Positions 1-13,100 of a DNA stretch of 64,000 nucleotides are shown here, in pieces. Source of the DNA: Lama guanicoe (Eukaryota). The position numbers and the translations under genes are program-made. The stretch covers positions 2,648,324-2,712,323 of the forward strand of contig MU053559.1 of NCBI GenBank assembly GCA_013239625.1, in the 5' to 3' direction. Every line of letters begins with the position of its first letter. Positions within the stretch are counted from its first letter, which is position 1. The notes beneath the pieces were generated by a model. The model made no database searches. It had not been told where the DNA came from and saw only the letters and a program-made list of their open reading frames with translations.

Positions 1-844
1 CTCAAAAAGGATTGCATTTTCTACCCAATCATTTCACTTCTGGGACACTGTCCAAAGGAAGTAATCAAGAATGCAGAGCAATTTATGCACAGACTGACTG
101 TTCAAAATCATGGGTTGAACACTTGTAACCCCTCCTAAAATGAGAGTAAGTGGAATTTTTAATGGGCATAAAGTATCACACAGGGGGAAATGAGAAAGGA
201 GAAAAATAGAAACAAAATTTTGAAAGCTGGAAAGCAGATGACAGAACCAAAAGAAGTGAATTCTAAGCTGGCAGCGAAGGATGCTGAGAAACATCCCAAA
301 TTATTCCACAAAAATCTCTCAAAAGTTTGAGGAATTGACGGCACTAGAGCCCTCAGGAAGTGAGGGAAAAGGCAAAAAGAAGGGTGAGTCCTAAAAGGCC
401 ATTTTAAGAAGCAATTGGATCCTAGGTTTCTCTTCACCCTCCACCCTTCATAGCCAGGGAGTGGCTGGGTGATGGCCCTTCAAGACCCAACAGAAGAGTA
501 GAACCTTCTGCCCTGGAGAGTCAATCCAAGGGTCTTCATGGACAACACAGAGAATGGGGCAGCAAGTCACATTGAAAACTGGAGGATCAAGGGCACGTGT
601 GTACAGTGGCTGCCAGCTCCCTGCCCTCCCCTGCATTGACAGCCTAGCCTCCCCACCCCTCGCCCCCACCCCGAGGCAGGAGAAGTGAAGACAGAGCCTC
701 CTGGGAAAAGACTAAAAGATCCCAACATCGGGAGCCCCTCAACGACCCCACCCAGCCACGTAAGGTCACAGCTGGCAAGCCCCACTGGCTGTCCAGAGCA
801 TCCAGTCATTTTTAGTTCCTTATTTCTTTTCCTTTTTTTCTAAT

Positions 845-1915
845 ATCATTTTAAAATAATTTAAGACTTTCAGAAAAGCTGAGAAATAGTACAGATAACT
901 CCCATATACCCTGTAGCCACATTCCCAACTGTTAAATTGTTCCCTGTGTTTGCTTTACCATTTTCTCCCTCTCCATTTCTCTCTCTCCCAGCCCTCACCC
1001 ACCTTCTCCATTTTTTTCGGAACACTTTTAGAATAAGTTGCAGATGTGCCCCTAAATGCTTCAAAGTATATATATATAGCCTAAAAATTAAATAAAGGCT
1101 TACAGAACCACAGTACAATTCTGAAAATCAGATTAACATTAATACAATACTATTATTTAGCTACAGGCCATATTCAAATTTTGCCAATTTCTCCAATAAT
1201 GTCTTTCATAGAAAACTTTTTTTTCTGGCCCAGGATTCAATTCAGGATCATATATTGCATTTAGTTGGCATGTTTCTCTAGTCCCCTGTAATGTGGAACA
1301 GTTTCTCAGCCTCTGTGTGCGTTTCACCACTTTGACATCTTTGAAGAGGAAAGACTGGATATTTTGTAAAATTTCCCTCAATTTGAGTTTGTCTGTTGTT
1401 CCCTCATAATTCAATTTAGATTTTTTGGTTTTTTTTTTTTTCATTTTTGGCAGGCATGCCTCAGAAGTGATGCTGTGAGCTCTTCACTGCAGCCTATCAG
1501 AAGACACACGAGGTCTGTTTGTCCCATTATTGGTAATATTCAGTTGGTTAGGGTGAGGTCCACTACATTTCTCCACTGTACATTTACTATGTAGTTGGAG
1601 TGGAAATACTTTGAGTCTGTGTAAATGTCTTGTATTCATCAAACTCACACCCACTCATTTTAGCATCCATTGATGATTCTTGCCTGAATCAATTATTACT
1701 ATGATGGTTGCCAAGTGGTGATTTTGTAATTTTATTATTCCTTTTGTATTTATTAGTTGGCACTCTATTGTAAAAAAAAAATTTCTTCCCTTTTACTTAC
1801 TTATTCATACATTTTAAATAAATACATGTGGACTTGGGGATTCTTATTTTATTCAGTGATTGTAATTGATTATTATCATTTATTTTGGTGATCGAAATTT
1901 TCCCAGGTTGGGCCA
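845..1915 (-). mobile_element. Old L1 3' end (L1MC-like)
   Basis: Typical L1MC 3' UTR motifs on the reverse strand (tattgcatttagttg, tttgtcccattattggt); boundaries approximate. Confidence 0.7.
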
Positions 1916-3000
1916 GTGGAAAAACTCTCAAGAATTAGAGCAAAAAGTCAAACTAGAAATGAGAGAAAAAAATTGAATTATAGAATTAGTCCAGGAGGTC
2001 CAACATCCAATGATAGGACTTGCAAAGAGAAGATACACAAAGATACAGATGCATACAGAAACAGACACCATACAGTGACACAGACACACACATCCAAATA
2101 CAGATACAGACACAAACATGGACACACACCCACAGATACACAAAGAGAAATACACACAAACACACACAGAGGAGGAAATCATCAACAAGAAAATTACAAA
2201 TCCCAGAATGAAAGGCCATTACTGTTTACATTGGAAGAACTTTGGGAGTGCCCATTACAATGGGTGACTGTTCAGAGCTCTAGGGACAAAGGAAAGACCC
2301 TATAAGTTTCTGGTGGTCAGAGAGCGAGGCAGATGGTCACATGCAGAGGGTCAAGAGTCAGAACAGCCTCATTCTTCCCAACAATATTAGAAGCCAGAAG
2401 ACAATGACTTCAAATTTCCAAAAGAAAATTATTTCCCATCTTCAATTCTCTACCCAAGCAACTATCAGTCAGTCCTACATCTATTCAAACTAACAATTTC
2501 AGACATCCAAGTTCTCAAAATTTTTCATTTTCAAGCACTCTGCCTTAGGAAGCTATTGGAGGGTGGGTTCTACCAAAAGGGCTCAATAGACCAAGATAAA
2601 GGGGACCTGAGCTATAAAAACAAAGGATCTAGTACAGGGAAAAGGGGGAAAGGTCCCTGGATGATGGCAAAGGACGGTCCCAAGAGACAGCTGTGCACCA
2701 CGCATAGGACCAGGCATTCACAGGAGAGCAGGCTGGAAGGCTTCAAGAGTCATACCTTCAGGAAGATGCAACTCATATAAGCCTGATGTGTCTGAATATT
2801 TTGAGAAAAGATTTAGATCATCGGTGAAGAAGTTGGATTTGAATTAGCAATAAATATATAGAAAACCAAGCAAAGGAATTAACAACACAATTAAGAACTT
2901 CTGAGAAAACAAAATGTTAAACAGGAGAGGAAATGTGATCATTACATACTACATGGCTCAGCTTTGAATGGCATTTACATAGACATAGGAGTCCAAACAC
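1916..3000 (+). mobile_element. Decayed L1/HAL1 ORF1-region fragments with a degenerate CA-rich repeat (about 2030-2170)
   Basis: ORF1-like A-rich text (aattctctacccaagcaactatca); low similarity, judged by eye. Confidence 0.45.
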
Positions 3001-3369
3001 TGTTAAAGTAACCAGATTAGGCCAAGACTGAGTCACTCATGCTAAGCCCCACGCCGGCAAACCAAACTAACATAACTAAATATGTTTGGCTCTCCTGGAA
3101 AAGGAAGTCCTGGGTCAGCCAGTCACTGCTTGCCTGCTCAGCACAAGATACCTGACCTGCTCCAACACTTCCTTTGGCGCCATATAACCAACCAGCAAAT
3201 GCCTAGTATGACTTGCTTGTTCCTGCTCACTTGGGTCCATAAAAATCTCTCACCTTGTACAGCTCTGCAGACCTCCTTTCTGTCTGCTAAGATGGGATGC
3301 TGTCTGATTCATGAATCGCTGAATAAAAACCTGCTAGATCAATACACTGTGGAAAGTTTTCTTTTAACA
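3001..3369 (+). mobile_element. Solo LTR, ERV1-class
   Basis: Termini TGTTAAA...TTTAACA, internal cataaaaa (TATA-like) and AATAAA, 4-bp TSD acac at 2997-3000 and 3370-3373. Confidence 0.85.
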
Positions 3370-3687
3370 ACACTCTATATTGACTTAACCAGAATGATGA
3401 TATAGCCATATTGGGAGTGTGAGAAGCGTTTGTATGGGAGGGGTGGGCTAGGGAGAAGAAAAATAAAGCGAGACAAATATTTTTCTTCCATAGTGGAAAT
3501 TCAATAGACAATGCTTACAACAGAAAAATCAAGAAGTCTTTATTCTAACCTGTTATTTAGAGTAGTAAGTAGACAAAAGAATTAGCTAGAACATATTGTT
3601 CTTCATGTGACAAGATAAATAGATGGAAAGAGATGGGGGGCAGCTGGTTTTTGTAACAAACTCCACAGTGTTATATGACTCTCCGAA

Positions 3688-3689
<2 letters not shown>

Positions 3690-3728
<39 letters not shown>
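3690..3728. repeat. (CA)n microsatellite followed by TA-rich repeat
   Basis: Read directly from the sequence. Confidence 0.97.
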
Positions 3729-3736
<8 letters not shown>

Positions 3737-4235
3737 CATACATGTATATGTATATACATATATATAAAACGTTGCCAAGAATTTTTTAAAGCAACACCAA
3801 AAGATTTTAAATATAAGAAACAGAAGATTTATGCATTGAAGTTATCATGGCACCATTATTTTAAATAGCAGAGAGTTGTATGTAATTTAAATTTCCAAAA
3901 GTGGAGAAATGTCTAAGTATTTTGGGTTGAATTATATATGCAGCTAAATTAAAATACTATTTACAGAGACGTTACAACGCCATGAGAAAATGCCACTGAC
4001 TCCAATGCTAAGTGAAACTAAAAAGGTCACCAAAATGGTCTATATGTGTGGAGCTTTTTCTGGTTCCATTTTTTGTTTGTTTCTTTTTCCATAAGTAATA
4101 TTTTGCATGGCAATAAGACTGGAAGTAACAATAACCAAAATATTAACAGTGGTTGGATTTAGATAATGGGGTTTGGGAGTCTTTAAAAATTGGTTCTATT
4201 TTTCTGTATTTAAGAAATATTCTTTTGGAACTTTA

Positions 4236-4358
4236 TTGTTTTTTAAGGGGAGAGGTAGTTACGTTTTTATTTATTTGTTTTAATGGAGGTACTGGGGATT
4301 GAACCAGGACCTTGTGCATGCTACAGATGCACTCTGCCACTGAGCTCTACCGTCCCTC
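4236..4358 (-). mobile_element. tRNA-derived SINE (camelid Vic-1-like)
   Basis: Reverse complement of gagggacggtagagctcagtggcagagtgc...ggttcaatccccagtacctcc; TSD tggaacttta at 4226-4235 and 4360-4369. Confidence 0.85.
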
Positions 4359-4779
4359 ATGGAACTTTAAAAGAGATTTTTAATAATACTAAATATATAT
4401 TCATTATAGAAAAATGGCAAACATTAACATGGACCAAGAATTTTAAAAAAGGCATCCAGATGTATTTTTTATTATGAAAAAAATGCAGGCAATTTTTGAA
4501 GAGCAGGGATTTCTTTCCCATGCTGGCCCAGTGGCCTGGGAGCGGCCACGCCCAAGGCAGTCTGGCCAACTGGGTCTTGACCAAGGCCTCCAAGACTTGG
4601 CCTTGACTTTGAGACGGACTTCATCTGAGGCGCCAAGACTGCTATTTTTTTTTTTTAAACCAAGATCAAATCTTATGGAAAACTTAAAACATCTGAACCC
4701 CTTTGGATATTTCTTTTTAAGTTAAATCCCAGGAACTAAAAAGAAACCAACGCAAAGTTTCTGAAGAATTTCAAAACCT

Positions 4780-5345
4780 GAGGTGACTAACTGTGAAAGT
4801 CGGCAAAAATAATTTTCACATTTACCATCCCTTTTGTTTCATTTGCTTCAGTGCTAAATCAGTTTCCATTTGGGTTGTGCGCTGCTCCTTTGAGTCATGA
4901 GCTGCGTGGGAAATCACAGTTTATATTGCCTTCGTGCACTCACAGAAAAGGCGGCTAATATTTATACTTAAAAACTGTTTGTTCAGGTTGCATGTGCATA
5001 ATTTTCAGCTGTCCTTCTATCAGAGAATCATTGTCCACCCAAGTGTCTGTAATATAGCTTTCTGTGGATCGATGCATGAAGACTGTAACGTGATATGCAC
5101 GAAATGCGACGGAAGGAGGAAGAGATGGCGGAAGAGAGAGAGAAATCCAACTTGCCATCACACTGTTGGGACTGACAGAAGGAAAGAAAGGGATGCAGGG
5201 GCAACTCTGGGCTGAGTGAAAGGGGACAGACCGACTTCCGCTCACTGAGAATGCGGCTCCGTGGAGTCGGAAGACGGAACGGGCAAGAAAGGTGACAACG
5301 TAGGTGGGAGCTAGGAAAGTGGAGGGCGGGCGGGGAGGAGGATTG
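4780..5345. promoter_or_regulatory. Candidate enhancer/promoter-like unique region
   Basis: AP-1 TGAGTCA at 4891, RBPJ CGTGGGAA at 4905, ETS-like ACTTCCG and CGGAAG at about 5234-5273, GC box at about 5323, locally raised CpG. Confidence 0.4.
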
Positions 5346-5979
5346 GGAGCTATGTTCCCAGTGATTTCTTCCTCCTCTTCATTTTAGAGACTCAGAAGAG
5401 CCAGCCCTCTGAGAACAGGAGGAAACCACCGAATGCAGAGCTCGGCTGTGACTTTGGGAGGCACTCCGGCCCTTCAGTAAAGCAGTCTTGGCCTCCAACC
5501 AAAATTTCTTTGCCTTTTTTTTTTTTTTCCCAGTTGCCACTTTTCTTCCTGTTTGGCAGCCAATCTGTGGGATGAATGCCCACTCTGTCGCACACTGGAA
5601 ACTGTCTCAGCTGGCACTGTGATGTTCCTAAAGCAGCTGCCAAAAGGTTAAGAGGCTCAATCGGGTTGGCCAAAGCAAGTGTGATTTTGATCAAAGCATC
5701 TGTCTTCCCAGAAAGGCTTTGCGATAACTTGTTTCTGGAGGCAGAGGAGTCCCTGGCCCAGCAGAGCCCCAGCCCTGCACTGAGATCAAGTCAAGCCTCC
5801 CCTCTTGGGTCAGCTCCGCACAGACACCCCCATGGAGGCGGCCCAGAAACACTGGCTCCATTCACGGGGCCCCTTCCTGCCGGCCTCCGCAGAGGACCAG
5901 CCTCCATGTCTCCTCCTTCTTCTGTGCTTTGCTGGTTTCACTATGATTTCACTCCTCACTTCCTACCCAGTCTTTCTTA

Positions 5980-6470
5980 TTATTTTAATCGAGGTAAAAC
6001 TCACATGCCTAGAAGGCACACGTCTTCGTGTACAGTGGGATGCATTTTCAGAAATAAACACCCGCGTGAGCACCACAAAGATCTAGAACATTCATTCCCC
6101 CAAGGAACAACCTCCCTGCAACTTCCCATTCAACTCTGCGCCCCTCCACCTGCAACAAAAGTAACCATCATCCTCGATTTTCTCACCAGAGATTCGTTTT
6201 GCCTGGTCTTGAAGTTCACATAAATTGTACTCTTTTGCATCTGGTTTCCTGCAATCAACGTGTTTTTGAGGTTTTTCCCATGTTGTGAGCATCTGTCTTT
6301 CCTTCTTTTTTATTGCTGAGTAGAATTCCATTGTGTGGAGATACCATATATCGTTTATCCTATCATCTGTCAAAGGACACTTGAGTTGTTGCCAGTTTGG
6401 AGCTACTATAAATAAAGCTGTTATGAATGTTCTTGCACATGTCTTTGTGTGATATATGTACACTCCTGTT
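5980..6470 (-). mobile_element. L1 (L1ME/MB-like) 3' fragment
   Basis: ORF 6092..6544 contains the L1 ORF2 C-terminal-like text TFITALFIVAPNWQQLKCP...WYLHTMEFYSAIKK. Confidence 0.85.
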
Positions 6471-6810
6471 TTATTGAAGAATCCATTTCTCCTGGGGAAG
6501 ACCAAGACAGTTAAGTCTGGGTCTGGAGACTTCACTGAGATCAACAGGACGCTGGAGGGATGGCCTCATCTCCAGAGGCCCAGCTCACAGACAGATTTAG
6601 AACATCAAAGAAGTGCCCCGTTTTTTCCCAATCAAGGAAGCCATCCAGTGCTTTTAACAGTCCAAAGGCAACTGCGTCTGATGGCAAAGAGACACAATAG
6701 GAAAGGAGCCATGACTCAGCTCAAGTTTTTGTTTTTAATTAAAATTTTGTGCTTGGCTGAGTTTCTTCCGACACTGGCCTGACAAGTGTGACGTAAATGA
6801 CTTGGACACC

Positions 6811-6985
6811 CTTCTGAAAGAGGACCCACAGGCCTCCCTGCCCTCTTTCACCATGTAAGGATACAGCATGGAGTCTGCAACCCGAAAGAGCCCTCCCCCA
6901 ACCACGCTGCCACCCTGATCTTGGACTTCCAGCCTCCAGAACTGTGAGAAGTAAATTTCTGTTGCTTATAAGCCTCCCTACCCAC
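6811..6985 (+). mobile_element. MLT1 (MaLR) LTR fragment flanked by 16-bp direct repeats
   Basis: Classic MLT1 motif ccctgatcttggacttccagcctccagaactgtgagaagtaaatttctgttgcttataagcc; direct repeat aaatgacttggacacc at 6795-6810 and 6986-7001. Confidence 0.85.
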
Positions 6986-7630
6986 AAATGACTTGGACAC
7001 CATCTGTGGGGTTTGAACCAACCTCTCTACGGAGGACCTTGTCTTAGCCATTCACCCCTTAGCTGTGCTATGGCACTCAGGAGAGGTTATTAGCAACGGA
7101 TCTAGATTAAAGCTCACTGATTCCACCCCATGCCGTGGAGATCAGGAAACTGATCTGGTCTCCTTTCCAGAATCTATGATGTTAAAGAGGGTTCCCTGTG
7201 GTCGCAACGATGCCTGGGTGTTTGCTCCACCCCCATTTCCACTCCCTCATGGTAACTCCACAGATTTGTTGAGTGTTTACTGTGTGCCAGGAACAAATCA
7301 TTTTATTTGTTTGTTTTTTGCTTGCATTTACTTCTCACATAAACCTTGAGAAGTAGTAAATAACATACTCTTTTCATGGGTGAGGAAACCATGGCTTAGA
7401 GAACACAAGCATCTCAGTCAGGTTGGGGGCTTAAATAACAGAAATGTTTGGTCTCACAGTTCTGGAGGCTGGAAGACCGAATGAAATATTTTTAATAGAA
7501 TTCAGTGGCATGTAAGAAAAATGCTATACCCACTTCACTGCCAATTGCAAGGTACCTACTCAAAAGCATAGGACTCCTCTCTGGTCTCTCACAGGGCGGC
7601 TTAAAGATTAGGTCGTGAGGCCATGTTCTT

Positions 7631-7800
7631 TTGTTTTTTGAGTAAAGGTAGATTTATTTAGAGAGATCCATAGGCTGTTTCAGAAGGCAAGAGAAAGGCA
7701 CGAGGTGTAGGGGTTGAGTGTTCAGGTTAAAGTAAAAGTAGATACACGCTCCATAGACAGAGTGGGGGCCGTGTCTGAAGATGAGGGAGCAAGAGAGGCC
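7631..7800 (-). mobile_element. Polyadenylated LTR-like 3' fragment retroposed with TSD
   Basis: Minus-strand AATAAA at 7653-7658 then an A-tail; TSD gg(c/t)catgttctt at 7619-7630 and 7801-7812. Confidence 0.7.
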
Positions 7801-8149
7801 GGTCATGTTCTTCATATCAGGAGACTTGTGTTCCCACCAGACTGTGTGAGTAGACTTTTCTTCTTTATGGTTTTCCAGAAGGAAGACATATATAATCATA
7901 ACCATTTACCAAACAAGTAGAATATAGTATATGAGGAAGATAAAGGTACAACTGATGGATGGTTACAGACCTTTTCTATTCCTCCTGGGAGCTGACGCAG
8001 GCTTCTCGTTCAGCCTCTAGAGGTCAGCCAGAAAGAAGAAATCAGTCTTGTGTTCTGTTGCACCCCAGTTGTCTCTCAGCAGTTTCAGGGGGTCAATGTT
8101 ATGGCTTCTGCAGACTTGGAAACCAGCTCTTCCAAAAGGCCCTGGCTCT

Positions 8150-9700
8150 AGGTCGGGGAGTGAGGAGCTGGGGGAAGACACAATGGGAAATTTTTAGGGT
8201 GATTGAACTGTTCTGGGGGTGGTAGATACACGACTCCATATAGAGTGAACTTTCCTGTATCTAAATTTCTAAAAAATCAGCAAAGGTATCAGGGGTAGCC
8301 CAGGATGGATGGAATGCAGACTGGGACAAATGAATCTAACTGTATTACAGATGTATGACATAATTTCATTGGTTATAGGTGGAGATAAAAGGAGCTGACC
8401 AAAGTAACTTTGGAAAATGGTATTTTAATCAGATACTCAAAGACCAAAGACAAAAAGAATTATACATAAATACTGTACTTTGTAAAGTTTTTTTTTTCTC
8501 ACTGGGATACAGGATAGTAATTTTGAAACTACTTGACGTGTATTCTAGGGTTGAACAAGTAAGTAAATAAATTGTAGGTAATAGGAGCCATAGTACCAAA
8601 GAAGTTACAAATAAACCAAGGGGGAAGGCAGAAGGCCAGATTGCACACTACAATGCTGGATTCAAGTCACAGGTATCAGTATAAACTCATGTTTATGTTA
8701 TCTCTGTATGTATGTATGTAATTACATCATATTTATTTTTGTTATAGATAATTATGGAGGTTGGGAAGGCAAGGCATGATTTTAATTTTTTGCATTAATT
8801 TCCTTGTACATTTTTATGTGAGTGAACTCATGTTTAATATATATACAGAGAGAAACAGAGTTGTGGATATATGTGTATACACATACTAGTACACATATAT
8901 ATATATTTTCTAGTACTGTCACTTTAGAGGGTCTAAAAGGAGGTGACATTCCAGTAGCAAGGAGCATACTCATCACTGGCTTCTTTGCATAATGTTTTCA
9001 AGGTTCATCCACGCTACAAGATGTACCACTACCTCACTCCTTCTTGTGGCTGAATACTGTTCCATTGTACAGACAGACCACTTTTATCTATGCACTCATT
9101 AGTTGATGGACACTTGGTTGTTTCCACTTTTTGCCTATTATGAATAACACTTTGATGAGTATTTTGCACAAGTCTTCACGTGGATACGTGTTTTCATTTC
9201 TCTTGAGTGTATTCCTAAGATTGGACTCTGCTTCTTCTTGAGGCAGTTGTGGTAATTTGTGCCTAAGACACCGAAATTGTTTAATTTGTTGCCATAAAGT
9301 TGTTCATAACATACCCTGATGATGCTTTTATTTTTTGTAAGGTCATTAGAAAGCCCCCTTTTTCATTCCTAGTTTTGATAATTTGTATCTTCTCTCTTGT
9401 TTCTTGGTTGGTCTGAGTAAAAGTTTATCAATTTTGTTGATCTTTCCAAAGAACCAATATTTTATTTCATTGATTTACTTCATTTTTTGGTTTAGTTTCA
9501 GATGACTCAGGAAAGCAAAAAGAATTTACACAATCACCACACACACACAAACATAGAAAGAATGACAAAGCACATGTGGCAAACTGTAAGCAATTGGTGA
9601 ATCTGAACAAAGATCTTTGTTCTAATCTGACAATTTTTCTGTAAATTGGAAATAAAATCAAAATAATAATATTATATACTATTAAAATAAAAACTATAAA
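8150..9700. mobile_element. Mosaic of old L1 fragments (L1MC 3' end on +, L1MB/ORF2 pieces on -)
   Basis: L1 3' motifs such as aaaaggagctgacc...taactttggaaaatgg and gcataatgttttcaaggttcatcc. Confidence 0.7.
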
Positions 9701-10149
9701 AATGGATACTTCTTCTTCTACTCCAGATCAAACTGCATTGTGGCAGCTCCCAAAAAAGGGAGAGGGGAGGGGGGCAGGTCTGGGGGACTCAGGGAAGAAA
9801 TGCCCAAGGCAGCCTTCCAGAGTTTTCTCACATGCCAACACAGCACAAAGAGCCCCAGAAAGTGTTTTCATGAAGCTGACAGCAGTGTGGATGGGACCCT
9901 GAGAACTGGCAACAATGGAGAGAGGCCTGGTGCTGAGGATGAAGAACAAGTCTGCGTGGTTCAAGGACGGGGGGCAATGGGGCATAAGGCATAATGGCAG
10001 ATGTCTGCAATGACAAAGAGTGACTCCTCCTCCTCAAGCCCTGGTGTCACTCAAATCCCATGCAAAGACACAACACTGGAGAGGGTCTTGAACACTGAGT
10101 TGACCGTGGTTATCTCTCAATTAATGGGGACCCTAAATAGAAATTATTG

Positions 10150-13100
10150 AAAAAGTTATATTTCTTGTTCATACATTTTCTCTCCTGAGAAATGAATACC
10201 TGTTAAACATATACACACAATGAAAAAACTAAACAAACAAAAAGATGCTGGAGTATTTATACTATTATCAGGTAGAGTGGATTTCAGAACAGGGAAAACT
10301 GTCAGCGACAAAAAGGGACATTCATAATAATAAAAGGTCAGTTCTCCAAGACATAGCCATTCTAAACATTCATGCACCTAACTATAGAGCCCCACAATAC
10401 ATGAAGCAAAACCAATAGAATTCAAAGGAAAAATGGACAACATAATACTTGGAGACATCAACACTCTTCTCTCTGTAATCAGTACAACAAGTACAAAAAT
10501 TTGCAAAGATTTAGAAAATCTGGACAATAGCAATCAACTTGATCTACTTAATAGTTTCAGAACACTCTACCCAATAGCAGCAAAATAGGCATCAGAAAGG
10601 TCTTCAATGGGAAACTAAAAGGCATAGAACACAGTGGATCAGAACACTCATTCACCCATACATGTTGAACAGCACCACTTGAATGTTCACAATACATTCT
10701 TAGACATTCTGGGGAGAATTCACTTTTGGATCCTGAATTCCCTCAATTTAACCCCATTTTGAAAAGAGAGACTTTCTTCATTGGTCACCGGACTGTCCCC
10801 TAACTTAACATCAGTCTGAGGCCTTGAAAATAAACCTAGCTGATACAAACTGAGGTTAACTGTCAATATTTGGTTTGAAATAGAAGAATGTGACTATTTA
10901 GCATTGTATGGAGGCATTAACCAGCACAACCAAACAAAAGAATTAGAGGCATAAAAATAGGAAAGGAAGAGGCAAAACTATATTCATAGTTAAGATAATA
11001 TATCTGTAAAACCCAAGAGACTTAATGCTAAAACTAATACAAATAATAAGAAAAGTTTAGGAAGGCAACACTATAAAAATAACATAAAAATTAATAGCCT
11101 TTATATAGCAAACCATTATTATTTCTAAGATATAGTGGAATAGAAAATTTCATTTGCAATAGCAATGAAAAAGGAAATATATTCAACAGTCATAAAACAT
11201 TAAAGGAAGATAGTTTTATATTAAAAAGTTCTGCTTCCAAGAAAGATGGAGTATCAGAACTTACTCTCTTGCCTTAAAAAATAACTGGACAAAATATATA
11301 AAGCAATGGTTTTTAGACATTGGAAACAGGCATCCCAAGAGAGTAATCACTGAGAAAAGGGAAGAGAATGAAGTGAACTCTACACTGCCCCAGCTTACTG
11401 CTTGGAGAGAAAAAAACAACAAAGCACAACAAAAAACAACAACAACAACAAAAACCCAAATAATTGATGGAACAAATAGATAGAAAAAAATAGATTTGAA
11501 TAACACTATCAATCAACTTGCCCTACCAGTTATAGAAAATTCTATCCAACAGCAGAATATACACTCTTTTTGAGCACACATGGAACATTTACAAAGGGCC
11601 ATATTCCAGGCCATAAAACAGTCTCAATAAATTTAACAGGATTCAAGACATACAAAATATATTCTCTGACTACAATGGAATTAAATTAGAAACCAGGAAA
11701 AACACCTTGAAAAGCCCCAAACAGTTGGAAGCTAAGTAACACACTGTAAAATAATCCATGTGTGAAAGAAGAAATCAAAGGGGAAATCAGAAAGTATCTT
11801 GAAATGAATGAAGATGAAAATATCTTATACCCAAGTTTGTGGAAGGCAGCTAGTGCAGGAAAAGGCTAACTCAAATTCTGCACATGCCCAGGAAAACTCT
11901 TGGTCAGCTCCTGGGAACTAAATACTTGGAAAGTTCTGTTAAGAGAGTTTTTGTATGTCTATCTTGGTTGTGCTGTACCAGTTTGACCAGATTATGCTGC
12001 TAAGGTGATTTATAGTGAGTATGTGCATTTTATCTGGGGGTCTGGGTCTGGAGTCTGAGGAGCTGAGGTCAGTCATGTAGGTGCTGACCCCCAATAAAAA
12101 TCCTAGAGCTTTCCTGGTTGCCAACGTTCATACATGTTGTTACACGTCGTTGCTGGAGGGATTAAGCACATCCAGGGCGACTCCGCTGGGAGCAGACACC
12201 TGGAAGCTAGAGGCTGGTTCCCCCCATGCTTCTCCCCATGTGTGTTTTCCCTTTGCTGACTTTAATCTGTATCCTCACTGTGATAAACTATAACTGCTCA
12301 TAATACAGCTTCCCAGCCTGGTGATGCTTTCTAGCAAAGCAGCAAGCCTGAGTCTGGGCTTGGGGAACCCCTGACACACAGCTCAAGCATTAATGAGATG
12401 GAAATGTATAGGACTGAATGACTATACTAGAACATGTCTCAAATCAATGACGTCCGTTTCCACCTAAAGAAACTAGACTAAGAGCAGCTAAAGAAACCTG
12501 AAATAAACAGAAGAAAAATAATAAAGATGAGGGAAAATCAAGGACAAAGAAAACAGAAATACAACAGGGAAAAATCAACGAAATTAAAAATTTGGGGTTT
12601 TGAGAAGACCAAGAAAATTTGTAAACCTCTAGCCAGACTGATCTGGGGGGGGGGGAAAGACACAATTCGCTGATATTGGGAATGGCACAAAACTATAGAT
12701 TCCACAGATATTAAAAGGCTAAATTACTTGAAAAACCACAAACTAGCAAAGCTCGTTCCAGAAGAAACAGATAACCAGGGCAGCCTATATATATTAAAGA
12801 AATTGATTTTGTAATTAAAATATTTTCCACAAAGATCCAGGCCCAGGTGGCTTTACTGATGAATTCTATCAAATATTTCAGGAAGAAATAATACCAGTTT
12901 TACACAAATTCAAGAAAACTGAACAGAGAGAATACTTCCCAACTCATTTTCTGAGGCCAGTATTACCTGGTAACAAAACCAGACAAAAATATTATCAGAA
13001 AATAAAGCTATTGACAAATATCCCCCATGAACACAGATGCAAAAATTCTCGACAAAATTTTGGCAACAATATATAATCCAACAATATATAAAATAATAAA

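Noticed and set aside
1916..2305. Cluster of overlapping ORFs on both strands
   Set aside because: Produced by a degenerate CA/GA-rich low-complexity repeat that lacks stop codons
5576..6223. 215-aa ORF on the + strand
   Set aside because: No recognisable domain, and its 3' third runs into antisense L1 sequence; likely a chance ORF in GC-richer DNA
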